Below are positions 1 through 10,800 of a DNA stretch of 32,456 nt, piece by piece. Below the pieces are notes generated by a model, which worked only from the letters and a program-made list of their open reading frames with translations, was not told the DNA's origin and searched no databases. This stretch comes from Verrucomicrobiia bacterium (GTDB lineage Bacteria > Verrucomicrobiota > Verrucomicrobiia > Limisphaerales > UBA11358). How positions within the stretch are numbered: position 1 is the first letter of the stretch; every line of letters begins with the position of its first letter. The translations under genes were made by a program, and so were the position numbers. The stretch spans positions 1-32,456 of the forward strand of contig DATCFH010000170.1 of assembly GCA_036509625.1 (NCBI GenBank). Direction: 5' to 3'.

Positions 1-309
1 AATTTTCCAGATGAGCGGCAGGACGGCTTCGCCAAGTTCAACGTGGATGATGATTTGGTCGGCGCCGGCTTTGACGAACGGTTCCAGAAGAATTTCCGGC
101 TTGCCACACATAAGATGAACGTCGAAGAAAAGTTTTTTGGCGTGCGGACGGATGGCGGCGACGACGGCGGGGCCGAAGGAAATGTTCGGCACAAACTGGC
201 CGTCCATGATGTCGAGGTGCAACCAGTCGGCACCGGCGCTTTCGGCGCGGGCGGCTTCCTTGCCCAAACGGGTGAAATCGGCGGCGAGGAGTGAGGGCGC
301 AATGATCAT
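1..309 (-). CDS. rpe: ribulose-phosphate 3-epimerase, N-terminal 103 codons (3' end lies beyond the window start)
   Basis: Absent from the ORF track because it has no stop inside the window. The reverse complement of 1..309 starts at ATG (309..307). It reads MIIAPSLLAADFTRLGKEAARAESAGADWLHLDIMDGQFVPNISFGPAVVAAIRPHAKKLFFDVHLMCGKPE..., the canonical Rpe N-terminus (PSxLxADF, D-x-MDG-x-FVPN, DVHLM). The listed + ORF 43..294 is its antisense shadow. Confidence 0.9.
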   Translation of the reverse strand, partial: MIIAPSLLAADFTRLGKEAARAESAGADWLHLDIMDGQFVPNISFGPAVVAAIRPHAKKLFFDVHLMCGKPEILLEPFVKAGADQIIIHVELGEAVLPLIWKI

Positions 310-328
310 TATGAGTTTTTAATTCTTA

Positions 329-418
329 ATTTTTAGTTTTGAGTTGGAAGCAAACACAGCCATAACGGCAGGCAACCCGTATGATTCCATTTCGGGCAAA
401 CAACTTAAAACTAAAAAT
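329..418. repeat. 90-bp AT-rich inverted-repeat element (18-bp arms, 54-nt spacer) between the sensor kinase and rpe
   Basis: Seen directly: 329..346 ATTTTTAGTTTTGAGTTG is the reverse complement of 401..418 CAACTTAAAACTAAAAAT apart from one G/A difference. That difference is G:U-compatible only on a plus-strand RNA. The right arm overlaps the kinase stop codon (418..420). The arms are very AT-rich compared with the surrounding sequence. Function unknown. Confidence 0.5.
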
Positions 419-3400
419 CAATCTGGATTTGTGTCGAGGCAGGTGCGGATGGTTTTGGTGAGTGTCTGCGGCAGGTAAGGTTTCTGCAAATACTGGATGC
501 CGGGGTCGAGCTTGAAATCTTTGCCGAGCGTATCGGCGCCGTAACCACTGGTGAAAATCACTTTCATCTTCGGGTTGTCGGCCCAGATTTTTTCGGCCAC
601 TTCGCGTCCGTTCATGCCGCCGGTCATGATGACATCGGTGAAGATCAGTTTGATTTCGTTTTTGTATTCGCCCCAAATCTTGAGCGCGCTGGGGCCGTCC
701 ACGGCTTCAAAAATGCGGTAGCCGTGGCGGCGGAGTTCGCGGGAAACGAAGTCGCGCAGGTCGCGTTCGTCCTCGACGACGAGAATGGTCTCGGTGCCGC
801 CACGTTGGCGAAATTGCGTCTCGGCAGCTTCCGGCTCGGCCACGGGCGCGTCCGTCGCGGGCAGAAAAACGTGAAAGGTCGTGCCTTTATCCAGCACGCT
901 CTCGACTTGCACCCAGCCGTGATGCTGCTTGGCGATGCCGAAAACGGTGGCGAGACCGAGGCCGGTGCCTTTGCCGAGTTCTTTGGTGGTGAAAAACGGC
1001 TCGAAAATGCGCGTCAGGTTTTCCGGCGGAATGCCGCAGCCGGTGTCGGAGTGGCTGATGCAGACGAAGCTTCCGGGACGGGCATCCAGTATCGTGGCGG
1101 CGTAGGCGGCGTCAATTTCCCGCCGGCTGACGCGAACGGTAAGTTGCCCGCCGCGCGGCATGGCATCGCGGGAATTGACGGACAGGTTCAATAAAATTTG
1201 TTCCACCATGCCGGGGTCGGCCTCGACGACGGCGGATTCGCCGCTGAAATTAATTTGCAGCGTGACGTCTTCGCCGAGCAACCGGTCAATCATCTGGGAC
1301 ATGCCGCTGACAAGCTGGTTTAAGTCAATCGGGCGCGGGCTGGCGACCTGCTTGCGCCCAAACGCGAGCAGTTGGCGTGTGAGGCCGGCGGCGCGTTCGG
1401 AAGCCTGTTTGATCTGCTGCGCGGAGACCAGCGCCTTCGGATCAAGCGCCTGCATCGTGAGCAACGTCGCGTGGCCGAGGATGACGGTAAGAATGTTATT
1501 GAAGTCGTGCGCGATGCCGCCGGCAAGCTGGCCGATGGCTTCCATCTTCTGCGACTGGCGCAACTGTTCTTCCAATTTTTTCTGTTCGGTGATGTTGCGG
1601 AACAGGCTTAACAACAGTCGGGGTTTGCCACCGAGTTCCACATACGAGTCAGTGATTTCAAAAGTTACCGGCCGGCCATCGTGCAAGGTGAAATCTTTCG
1701 TATGCTTGCCCGTCAGTTTGCCGGGCTGAAAATTTTCGCGGTGCGACCGGAGCAATTTTTCCCAGTCCGTGCGCCCGTCGTAAATGACCGTGAACGGTTT
1801 GCCCTCCAGTTGCCGGCTCGGCAGTCCGACCAGAATGCAGAACGCCTCATTCACCGCCACGATGCCGCCACTCTCATCCGTGAGCCGCATACCGTCGAGA
1901 GAATTATCCCAGACGGAGCGAAATAAAGTTTCGGAACTGCGCCGCGCCGTTTCCACCGCGAGGCGCTCGGAAATGTCGCGGACGTGAAACAGCAAGGCCG
2001 GCTGGCTTTCAAATTCCACGCGCACGACGCGGATTTCCACCGGCACGGCGCGGCCATCGGCGCGACGGCTTTCGCTTTCAATCCAGGAAATCTGACCATT
2101 CGCCAGCTTATGAAATTCCTCCCGCGCTTGTTCGCGGCGCTCAACCGGCACGAGTTCCTCAATCGCATTTTTGCCGATCAACCAGTTGCGATCCACGCCG
2201 TGCAACGCGCAGGCGGCGCGATTCGCATCCAGCACATTGCCTTGCAAATCCTCGACGAAAATGGCGTCGGGCGAATTCTCAAACAATTCCCGGAACCGCC
2301 GCTGGCTGTGGCGCAATTCATCTTCGGCGCGGATGCGTTCGAGCGCGCCGCTGCATTGGTCGGCCAAAGTTTGGAGCGTGTGCAAATCCGCCGACATATA
2401 ACTGCCCGACATCCGGCGCTGGATGAACAAGACGCCGATGACGTTTTCGCCTTTGCGAATCGGCGCAATCATCGTCGCGCCGTCCTTGTCGCCCGTTTCG
2501 GCGGCGGAAATCAATTCCGCGCCGCGCGTGATGACGCGTTGCACCAGCGCGTTCGCCGTCTTCGGCTGCGGCGATGCGGGAATTTCCACGCGCTGTCCTT
2601 CGATCGTCGTGATGGTCAGGAGCGAAACGACTTCGTCCTTTTGCACATCAAACAAATCCAGCGCAAAATCGTCCCAGTGAAATAATTCATCCGCCGCCTC
2701 GCAAATAAACATTCCCGCCGTGGACGGAACACTCACCGCGCTCAACTGATGGCTCAACTTGCCGAACACCGCGTTGTGATGTGCCGTGCGCCGGCGATCC
2801 GTCACGTCGGTGGACATCGTCAACGCGCACAACCGTCCCCGAAATGCCAGCGGCGTCCAGACCACTTCCATGTCCATCGCGCGACCGCTCTTGTGCCGGT
2901 GTCGCCACACGATGCCCTGACTCTCGGCATCCCAGACGGAATTGTTATCATGCCGGTCCCGCTCCGGCACACGCAAATCCACCAGCGTCATCGCCAGAAA
3001 TTCCGGCTGGCTGAAACCGTAATGGTTGATGGCCGACTCGTTCACTTCGAGAATTCCCAGTGTTTCCAAGTCAAAAACCCACATCGGATGCGGGTTGCCC
3101 TGAAATAAAAGCCGGTATTGTTTTTCGCTCTGGCGCAAATCCGATTCCGCCAATTCACGCCGCAGCCGTTCCGCCGCCTCCGCCACCGCGCGCAAAATGG
3201 ACGACGGCAGCCGCTCGCGATTTTGTTTGAGAACGTAATCCGTCGCGCCCGCCTTGAGACTTTCGATCGCCGCCAGTTCACCAATCGTGCCGGACAATAA
3301 AATAAACGGCGTCAACGGAAATTTTGCGCGCACCAATCGCAGCGCCTCAATGCCGGTGAAATCCGGCAGCCGGAAATCCGCGAGAATCAAATCCCATTTT

Positions 3401-3546
3401 TCCTTCGTCAGCGACGTGGTGAACTCCTCGCGCCCGGTCGCCAAAGTCACGCTCGCCGCGATGCCCTCGTGCGCCAGTTGGTCGCGCACCAGATTGCAAT
3501 CTTCCGGATTATCTTCCAGATGCAGGATGCGAAGCGGTTGGTTCAT
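418..3546 (-). CDS. hybrid sensor histidine kinase/response regulator (REC-PAS/PAC-GAF-PAS-HisKA-HATPase_c-REC)
   Basis: The ORF is 418..3675. I place the start at ATG 3546 ([16 protein letters not shown]...) because the N-terminal receiver domain begins there; the track start at 3675 is GTG and would add 43 aa. Landmarks: receiver Asp context [14 protein letters not shown], several PAS-like segments, H-box [15 protein letters not shown]-lid DTGCGIP...GTGLGLATV, and a C-terminal receiver [14 protein letters not shown]. Confidence 0.85.
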   Translation of the reverse strand: MNQPLRILHLEDNPEDCNLVRDQLAHEGIAASVTLATGREEFTTSLTKEKWDLILADFRLPDFTGIEALRLVRAKFPLTPFILLSGTIGELAAIESLKAGATDYVLKQNRERLPSSILRAVAEAAERLRRELAESDLRQSEKQYRLLFQGNPHPMWVFDLETLGILEVNESAINHYGFSQPEFLAMTLVDLRVPERDRHDNNSVWDAESQGIVWRHRHKSGRAMDMEVVWTPLAFRGRLCALTMSTDVTDRRRTAHHNAVFGKLSHQLSAVSVPSTAGMFICEAADELFHWDDFALDLFDVQKDEVVSLLTITTIEGQRVEIPASPQPKTANALVQRVITRGAELISAAETGDKDGATMIAPIRKGENVIGVLFIQRRMSGSYMSADLHTLQTLADQCSGALERIRAEDELRHSQRRFRELFENSPDAIFVEDLQGNVLDANRAACALHGVDRNWLIGKNAIEELVPVERREQAREEFHKLANGQISWIESESRRADGRAVPVEIRVVRVEFESQPALLFHVRDISERLAVETARRSSETLFRSVWDNSLDGMRLTDESGGIVAVNEAFCILVGLPSRQLEGKPFTVIYDGRTDWEKLLRSHRENFQPGKLTGKHTKDFTLHDGRPVTFEITDSYVELGGKPRLLLSLFRNITEQKKLEEQLRQSQKMEAIGQLAGGIAHDFNNILTVILGHATLLTMQALDPKALVSAQQIKQASERAAGLTRQLLAFGRKQVASPRPIDLNQLVSGMSQMIDRLLGEDVTLQINFSGESAVVEADPGMVEQILLNLSVNSRDAMPRGGQLTVRVSRREIDAAYAATILDARPGSFVCISHSDTGCGIPPENLTRIFEPFFTTKELGKGTGLGLATVFGIAKQHHGWVQVESVLDKGTTFHVFLPATDAPVAEPEAAETQFRQRGGTETILVVEDERDLRDFVSRELRRHGYRIFEAVDGPSALKIWGEYKNEIKLIFTDVIMTGGMNGREVAEKIWADNPKMKVIFTSGYGADTLGKDFKLDPGIQYLQKPYLPQTLTKTIRTCLDTNPD

Positions 3547-3653
3547 TGCCGGGTAATCACAGAAATACTTCCCCACAAACAACCAGCCCGCCGCCCAAAA
3601 GTAAAGCGGGATGATACAGCGAGATGGCGTCCGTTTTCGCCGCTTTTTCGACG

Positions 3654-3681
3654 TTGACTTTCCGCCGCATTTCACTAGGCT
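3654..3681 (+). promoter_or_regulatory. possible sigma70-like promoter for rpsT (TTGACT-N16-TAGGCT)
   Basis: TTGACT at 3654..3659 and TAGGCT at 3676..3681 with a 16-nt spacer, about 40 nt upstream of the rpsT ATG. The -10 element is weak and promoter rules for this lineage are uncertain. Confidence 0.25.
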
Positions 3682-3721
3682 CTCCGGCTCTTTAGCAAAT
3701 CAATTGATAGTTTTATAAATT

Positions 3722-4000
3722 ATGCCGAACACGAAGTCAGCCGAACGCCGGATGCGTAACAGTCAGCGCAAGAACCTCCAGAACAGCCGCGTCAAATCCA
3801 AATTGCGCCGCACGGAGAAAGAATTCCGCGCCGCCGTTGTCGCCGGCAAAACGGACGAAGCCATCAAGCTTCTCCCCGGTGTCCATTCCGCCTACGACAA
3901 GGCCGTCAAGGTCGGCGCCATCGCCCGCCCCACCGCCAATCGCAAAAAATCCCGCCTCGCCGTTTCCATCAAAGCGGTCAAGCCGGTTGCCAAAAAGTAA
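3722..4000 (+). CDS. rpsT: 30S ribosomal protein S20
   Basis: A 92-aa, very basic protein starting MPNTKSAERRMRNSQRKNLQNSRVKSKLRR, which is the typical S20 N-terminus (xxxKSAxKR...). ATG start. Confidence 0.93.
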   Translation: MPNTKSAERRMRNSQRKNLQNSRVKSKLRRTEKEFRAAVVAGKTDEAIKLLPGVHSAYDKAVKVGAIARPTANRKKSRLAVSIKAVKPVAKK

Positions 4001-4057
4001 ACGGCCACCGCATTTCGTAATTTCCTTTGCCCGCACGCTCTGGCTTAATCGCCGTTC

Positions 4058-5023
4058 ATGCGGGCTATTTTCATTTCCATTAGCGCGGCGGTTTCGGTTT
4101 TAACTGCCGTTGGCGGCGAAACTAATTTCACGCCGCTGCCCTTGTCCGGCCAGACGTTCATCCACGATCCGTCCACCATCGTCAAAGATGGCGCGCGGTT
4201 TTACATCTTCGCCACCGGCTCCGGCATCCGCACCAAATCTTCGCCTGACTTAATCAACTGGACAGCGGACAATGCCGTCTTCGATGAACCGCCCGCGTGG
4301 ACGACCAATGCCGTGTCCGGATTCAACGGTTACGCTTGGGCGCCAGACATCGTCCGCGTGAAGGGCAAATTTCTCCTCTATTATTCCGTTTCGACGTGGG
4401 GCAAAAAAACTTCCGCCATCGGCCTCGCCACCAATCCCACGCTCGACAACACCGCGACAAATTTTCTTTGGCGCGACGGCGGCGAAGTCATTCATTCCAC
4501 CAGCCAAAATGCTTTCAACGCCATTGATCCCAGCGCGCTGCTCGACACCGACGGCAAACTCTGGCTCGCGTTCGGTTCCTACTGGCAGGGAATTTTTCTC
4601 ACCGAATTAAATCCGCAGACCGGCCAGCGCATCAGCACCAATTCGCCGCTCTTTCGTCTCGCGTGGAATAATTCCATTGAAGCCGCGTGCCTGACGCACC
4701 ACGCAAATTATTATTATCTCTTCGTCAACTGGGGCGAATGTTGCAAAGGCACGAACAGCACTTACGAAGTTCGCGTCGGACGCACGGAAAAGATCACCGG
4801 CCCGTATCTCGACCGCGCCGGAAAAGATTTGGCCGACGGCGGCGGCTCGCCATTTTTACAAAGCAGCGGACGCTTCATCGGCCCCGGCCACATCGGCATT
4901 TTGCGCGACGGCGACATCACTTGGTTCAGCTATCATTATTATGACGCCGAAACGCGTGGCCGCTCCCGGCTCGCACTCGGAAAAATTGACTGGTCGGACG
5001 GCTGGCCTGTGCCGACGAAATAA
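4058..5023 (+). CDS. secreted glycoside hydrolase family 43, arabinan endo-1,5-alpha-L-arabinosidase-like
   Basis: Signal peptide MRAIFISISAAVSVLTAVGG. GH43 landmarks: IHDPS (general-base Asp), WAPDIV, AIDPSALLD, SIEAACL (acid Glu), LFVNWG, GPGHIG. Confidence 0.8.
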   Translation: MRAIFISISAAVSVLTAVGGETNFTPLPLSGQTFIHDPSTIVKDGARFYIFATGSGIRTKSSPDLINWTADNAVFDEPPAWTTNAVSGFNGYAWAPDIVRVKGKFLLYYSVSTWGKKTSAIGLATNPTLDNTATNFLWRDGGEVIHSTSQNAFNAIDPSALLDTDGKLWLAFGSYWQGIFLTELNPQTGQRISTNSPLFRLAWNNSIEAACLTHHANYYYLFVNWGECCKGTNSTYEVRVGRTEKITGPYLDRAGKDLADGGGSPFLQSSGRFIGPGHIGILRDGDITWFSYHYYDAETRGRSRLALGKIDWSDGWPVPTK

Positions 5024-5169
5024 TTTTCCACCGTAATCCATAAAACCGCAAAAGATTTTCCGGCGGTTGACTTGGATGGTTTTGAGATTTTGAAAACAAC
5101 CGCAACCCGCCAATTTGAATTGCCCCGAACGCTTTTCTGACTACCCTGCTCGTCCGACATTTATTTGAA

Positions 5170-7701
5170 ATGACCAAAGATCTCATCCCATCCATTCCGC
5201 CCGGCGTCAAACTTACGACGCTCGAAAACGGTCTCGTCATCATCGTCCGCGAAGATCACAACGCGCCGGTCGTCTCTGCGCAGGCGTGGGCGATGGCGGG
5301 CAGCATTCACGAAGGCAAATGGCTCGGCGCGGGGCTGTCGCATGTCCTCGAACACATGCTTTTCAAAGGCACGACGACGCGCGCGGGCAGCCGCATTGAC
5401 CAGGAAGTGCAAGAAGCGGGCGGCTACATGAACGCCTACACGAGTTTTGATCGCACGGTTTATCACATTGACGTGCCGAACACCGGCGCGGTGAAGGCGA
5501 TTGATATTTTGTGCGACATCATGCAGCACGCAAATTTGCCGCCGGATGAACTCGCGAAGGAAATGGATGTCATCCGCCGCGAAATGGATATGTGCCACGA
5601 CGATCCGGGTCGCCGCGCGAGCCGCCGGCTTTTTGAAACGGCTTACACGAAAAGTCCCTATCGCTTTACCGTCATTGGCTATCCCGACATTTTTAATGAA
5701 GTGAAGCCGGACGACATCCGCAATTACTACACGGAAAAATACGCGCCGAACAATGTCTTCTACGTCGTCGCGGGCGATGTGAAAAACGATGAAGTCGTCG
5801 CGCAAATCAAAACGGCCTACGCGAACAGCAAATCAAAAGCGATGCCGCCGAGTGTTCTGCCACTCGAACCGAAGCAGACTGGCGAGCGCACGATCATCGA
5901 AGAAGCGGCGGTCGAACTTGGCCATGTGCATTTTGCCTGGCACATTCCCGAACTGCGCCACCCCGACGTCGTCGTGCTGGATGTGCTGGCCGTTTTGCTC
6001 GGCAGCGGACGCAGCTCGCGTTTGTTCCAACAAGTGCGCGAGAAGCAAGGCGTCGTGCATCACGTGGACGCGTGGACTTACAATCCCGGTTTGCCGGGAC
6101 TGTTCGGCATCAGCGCAGTGGTTGATGGCGACCAATTCGAGGCAGCGAACAAAGCCATTTTTGCGGAGATTGAAAAAGTTAAAATGATTTCCGTTTCCTC
6201 AAATGAATTGCAGAAAGCCATCAAGCAATTTATTTCCGCTACACTTGCTTCGCGCAAAACGATGGAAGGTCAGGCGCAAAATCTCGGCGGCAACTGGCTC
6301 GCCGCGAACGACCTCAATTTCTCCGAGCGCTATCTTGCCGCTGTAAAAAACGTCACGCTGGCCGATGTCCAGCGCGTCACGCGTCAGTATCTCACGCCGG
6401 AAAACCGCACGCTTTACGCGCTCTTGCCCGAAGGCGCCGCGCCCAAAACAAAGGCGAATGTTGAGTCGAACAAAGATAACGCCATCCAGAAAATTGTTTT
6501 GCCAAACGGCCTGACGTTGCTGGTGAAGGAAGATCATCGCCTGCCGTTCGTTGAATTTCGCGCGATGTTCAAAGGCGGTGTCCTCGCGGAAAACGCCAAT
6601 AACAACGGCACAACCATGCTGCTCGCCAAAATGCTCATCAAAGGCACGAAGACGCGCAGCGCGGAAAAAATCGCGGTGGAGATTGAATCCGTCGGCGGCC
6701 ACATTGACAGCTACGGCGGCAATAACAGTTTTGGCATCAACGCCGAAGTGTTGAGCGAAGATTTTGCAACCGGTCTCGATTTGCTGGCCGATGTCATCTT
6801 GAATCCGATTTTTCCGGCTGACGAATTGGAACGCGAAAAGGAAGTCCAAATCGCCGGCATCCGCTCCCGCAAAGATGAGTTGCTCAAGAGCGCGAGCCTC
6901 GCGATGCGCCGCGCGCTCTTCGGCGAGACTGGCTACGGTTTGGATTCGCTTGGCTCGGAAGAATCCGCTGGCAAAGTTTCCGTCGCCGCACTGAAAGAGT
7001 TTCATCAGAAACTTACCGCGCCGAATAATTGCGTCCTCGCGATTTTCGGCGATGTAAGAATGGGCGAAGTTAAAGCCGCTGTGGAAAAAGCCTTTGCTGG
7101 CTGGAGAAAATCAGCGGACGTTTCGCTCGCCTCACAATCCCCTGCCCTGACTTCGCTCAAACGCACGGAAGAAACGCGCGACAAGAAGCAGGCCGTGCTC
7201 GTCATCGGTTTTCCCGGAACAACGCTCGGCAGCGATGACCGCTATGCGCTCGACCTGTTGCAGGAATGTTGCAGCGACCTCGGCTCGCGCTTGTTCCTCC
7301 GCATCCGCGAACAACTCGGACTCGCCTATTATGTCGGCGCGCAGAATTTTGTCGGCATTGCGCCGGGCTACTTTGCGTTTTACACCGGCACGGAACCGAC
7401 GAAGGTGGCGCAGGTGGAATCCGAGTTGTTGAAGGAAGCGGAATTGCTCCGCACGGAAGGTTTGAGCGCGGATGAATTGAAGCGCGCGAAGGCCAAAATC
7501 ATCGGCGGCAAAAAAATCGCCCGCGCCGACCTCGGCAATCTGGCCTCGACCGCTGCGCTCGACGAACTTTACGGTCTGGGCTGGCAACGCGCCGATTTGG
7601 ACGATGCTAAATACGAAGCCGTCACGCTGGAACAAATCAAGACTGCCGCGCAAAAGTATCTCCAGCCGGATGCGCTGGTGATTTCGGTTGTTAAGCCGTA
7701 A
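5170..7701 (+). CDS. M16-family zinc metallopeptidase, fused two-half (pitrilysin/PqqL-like) form
   Basis: 843 aa. The first half carries the inverted zinc motif HxxEH (LSHVLEHMLFKG). The second half (from about KIVLPNGLTLLVKEDHRLP) repeats the M16 fold without HxxEH, as in non-catalytic M16 partners. Confidence 0.85.
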   Translation: MTKDLIPSIPPGVKLTTLENGLVIIVREDHNAPVVSAQAWAMAGSIHEGKWLGAGLSHVLEHMLFKGTTTRAGSRIDQEVQEAGGYMNAYTSFDRTVYHIDVPNTGAVKAIDILCDIMQHANLPPDELAKEMDVIRREMDMCHDDPGRRASRRLFETAYTKSPYRFTVIGYPDIFNEVKPDDIRNYYTEKYAPNNVFYVVAGDVKNDEVVAQIKTAYANSKSKAMPPSVLPLEPKQTGERTIIEEAAVELGHVHFAWHIPELRHPDVVVLDVLAVLLGSGRSSRLFQQVREKQGVVHHVDAWTYNPGLPGLFGISAVVDGDQFEAANKAIFAEIEKVKMISVSSNELQKAIKQFISATLASRKTMEGQAQNLGGNWLAANDLNFSERYLAAVKNVTLADVQRVTRQYLTPENRTLYALLPEGAAPKTKANVESNKDNAIQKIVLPNGLTLLVKEDHRLPFVEFRAMFKGGVLAENANNNGTTMLLAKMLIKGTKTRSAEKIAVEIESVGGHIDSYGGNNSFGINAEVLSEDFATGLDLLADVILNPIFPADELEREKEVQIAGIRSRKDELLKSASLAMRRALFGETGYGLDSLGSEESAGKVSVAALKEFHQKLTAPNNCVLAIFGDVRMGEVKAAVEKAFAGWRKSADVSLASQSPALTSLKRTEETRDKKQAVLVIGFPGTTLGSDDRYALDLLQECCSDLGSRLFLRIREQLGLAYYVGAQNFVGIAPGYFAFYTGTEPTKVAQVESELLKEAELLRTEGLSADELKRAKAKIIGGKKIARADLGNLASTAALDELYGLGWQRADLDDAKYEAVTLEQIKTAAQKYLQPDALVISVVKP

Positions 7702-7753
7702 TGCTTGTTTATTTCTTTTGCCCCATCTGGGGCTGAAAAGTTTTTCCGCTTCA

Positions 7754-7798
7754 CCCACGGCTCACGCCGTGGGCTACTTTCGCTCGCTGCTCCGCAGC
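7754..7798. repeat. REP-like double hairpin in the convergent M16/rpoC gap
   Basis: CCCACGGC-tcac-GCCGTGGG (7754..7773) and GCTGC-tcc-GCAGC (7786..7798). There is only one copy in this window, so genome-wide repeat status is unproven. Confidence 0.3.
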
Positions 7799-7804
7799 TT
7801 CATT

Positions 7805-7846
7805 TTAGAAAACAAAAACGGCGTCTGACTTTTGTCGGACGCCGTT
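7805..7846 (-). terminator. rho-independent terminator after rpoC (possibly bidirectional)
   Basis: Hairpin AACGGCGTCTGAC-tttt-GTCGGACGCCGTT (7817..7846) lies about 18 nt past the rpoC stop. On the minus strand it is followed by TTTTGTTTTCT. On the plus strand it is followed by GCGTAATTTTATTT, so it could also stop the M16 transcript. Confidence 0.7.
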
Positions 7847-7864
7847 GCGTAATTTTATTTCAGC

Positions 7865-10800
7865 TTAAGCCAGCAGCGGATTTTCCGTTTCAGTGGCTTC
7901 CACTTCTTCGGGTTCCGGTTCTTCCGGCAACTCGACCAGCGGCTTGAGCGTGATCTTGCGGTGCATATCAAAGCCGGTTCCCGCCGGGATGATGTGACCC
8001 ATGATGACGTTTTCCTTGAACCCGCGCAGCGAGTCAATCTTGGAACGCGTCGCGGCTTCGGTGAGCACGCGAGTCGTGTCTTGGAAGGACGCGGCGCTGA
8101 GGAAGCTGTCGGTTTCAAGCGACGCCTTCGTGATGCCGAGCAGCACGGGCACGGCTTCCGCCGGCTTGCCACCCTTCTTCTCGACGGCTTCGTTCTCGGC
8201 TTCGAATTCCAGCTTGTCCACCTGTTCGCCCCAGAGGAATTGCGTGTCGCCGGTTTCGGTGACGCGAATCTTGCGGAGCATCTGGCGCACAATGATCTCA
8301 ATGTGCTTGTCGTTAATCGTCACGCCTTGCAGACGATAAACTTCCTGCACTTCGCTGACCAAATGTTCCTGCAATTCCTGCGGGCCGCAGACGTCCAGAA
8401 TTTCGTGCGGATCCATCGGGCCTTCGGTGAGCTGCTGGCCTTTCTTGACCAAGTCGCCCTTGAAAACAATGACGTGTTTGCCAATCGGAATGAGATGTTC
8501 CTCTTCCAAGCCAGTGACCACATCCTTGATGAGCACGCAGCGTTTGCCACGCACGCTCGGACCGAAGTCCGCGATGCCGTCAATCTTGGAGATTTCCGAC
8601 GCGTCTTTCGGGCGGCGCGCTTCAAACAATTCCGCAACGCGCGGCAGACCGCCGGTGATGTCGCGGGTCTTGGCCTGTTTGCGCGGCGTTTTGGCGATAA
8701 GTGTGCCGGGAACAATCTTGTCCGCTTCGCTGACGACGACGTGCGCGCCCGACGGAATCGGGTAGTTCGCGACGACTTCGCCCTTCTCGTCGGACATGAT
8801 GATCTGCGGATGCAAATCTTCCTTGTGGTCAATGATGACCATGGATTCTTCGCCGGTGGCTTCGTCCACTTCCTGTTTCATCGTCACCCCTTCGATGATG
8901 TCATGGAATTTAACTTTACCAGCCTTCTCGGAGAGAATCGGCACGTTGTGCGGATCCCATTGGACGAACGTGTCGCCCTTCTTGACCTTCGCACCGTCTT
9001 TCACAGAAATAACCGCGCCGATGACGATGGTATGGTTTTCCAGTTCGCGACCGTCCGGTGCGAGAATCTGGATGGAACCGTTCTTGTTCAAAACAATGTT
9101 GTTGCCGTCTTCCAATTCAACAGAACGCAAGTCGGTGTATTTAATAACACCGTCGTTCTTCGACTTGATCTGCGGCTGTTTGAACACGCCCGCCGCGACA
9201 CCGCCCGTATGGAACGTGCGCATCGTGAGCTGCGTGCCGGGTTCGCCGATGGATTGGGCGGCAATGATGCCGACCGCTTCACCGAGCTTGACCAGCGAGC
9301 CGGTCGCGAGATTGCGACCGTAGCAGTGACGGCAAATGCCGTGTTTGCTTTCGCAAGTGAGCACCGAGCGAATACGAACGCGATCAAGACCGGCAACGTC
9401 AATGCCTTTAGCCTTGGTCTCGTCAATTTCTTCGTTGGCGCGAATGAGGAATTCCTTCGGGCTGGTCGGATTAACGATGTCGTCGCAGGCAAAACGGCCA
9501 ACCAAACGGTCGGAGATTTTGACCACTTCGTCTTCGCCTTCAAACACGGCGGAAACCCAGATGCCGTTCGTCGTGCCGCAATCAGCTTCTTGGATGATCA
9601 CGTCTTGAGAAACGTCCACGAGCTTACGCGTCATGTAGCCGGAGTCGGCGGTCTTAAGCGCCGTGTCCGCCAAACCTTTACGCGCACCGTGCGTCGAGAT
9701 GAAGTATTCCAAGACGGACAGACCTTCACGGAAGTTCGCGAGAATCGGCTTCTCGATGATTTCGCCGGACGGCTTGGCCATAAGACCACGCAAACCGGCG
9801 AGCTGACGAACCTGCTGTTTGTTACCACGCGCGCCGGAATCCACCATCAAATAGACGGGGTTGTATTCGTCCTTGTCCTGGTTTTTCTTCAACGTGTCAA
9901 ACATCACGCTGGAAATCTTGTCCGTGCAATGCGTCCACACGTCAACAATCTTGTTGTAACGTTCGCCAGAGGTGATGACACCTTTGCGATACTGCTTCTC
10001 GACTTCCTTGATCTGCCCGTGAGCGGCGCGAATTTCTTCGTCGCGTTCTTTCGGAACGATCATGTCGTCAATGCCGATGGACACGCCGGACTTGGTCGCC
10101 TCGCGGAAACCGATTTCTTTCAATTTGTCCAACATGACAACCGTCTTGTCGTGGCCGGCAAACTTGTAACATTTCCAAATCAAATCACCGAGGTCGGATT
10201 TTTTGACCGGCTTGTTGTGGAAGCCGAGTTCCGTCGGCCAGATTTCGCTGAACAACACGCGGCCAACCGTCGTATCAATGATTTTCTTTTCGGAATTGCC
10301 GAAAGCGGTTTTCTTGCCGAGGTCAGGATTCGCCAAGCGAATGCGATCGTGCGTTTTCACGCCATCGTCGCTGTAAGCGTAAATGACTTCTTCCTTCGAG
10401 CCGAACAACGGCAGGTCGCTGGAATCCGCCGGAGCCGCCTTGCGCGGTTCCGCCGTGACGTAATAGCAACCGAGCGTGATGTCCTGTGTCGGCGTGATAA
10501 TCGGCTTGCCCGAGGACGGCGAGAAAATGTTATTCGTCGCCATCATCAACAAGCGCGCTTCGAGTTGCGCTTCGACTGACAACGGAACGTGAACGGCCAT
10601 TTGATCGCCGTCGAAATCCGCGTTGTAAGCTGTGCAAACCAGCGGATGAATGCGAATCGCTTCGCCTTCAATCAGCATCGGCTCAAACGCCTGAACGGAC
10701 AAACGATGCAACGTCGGCGCGCGGTTCAAGAGAACCGGATGACCTTTCGTCACTTCTTCCAAAACGTCCCAAACTTCTTTCGTCTGACGCTCAATCATTT

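Noticed and set aside
43-294. 83-aa plus-strand ORF at the left edge of the window.
   Set aside because: It is the antisense shadow of the partial rpe gene on the minus strand (1..309), which has a textbook Rpe N-terminus.
7961-10579. 872-aa plus-strand ORF antisense to rpoC, with similar cases at 12070..13707 opposite rpoB, 19754..20782 opposite tuf and 10589..10948.
   Set aside because: These ORFs are in exact codon register with the sense genes. They stay open simply because highly expressed genes avoid TTA, CTA and TCA codons, whose complements are stop codons. The translations are R/F/V/D/N/H-rich low-complexity strings with no motifs, and the sense genes are unambiguous.
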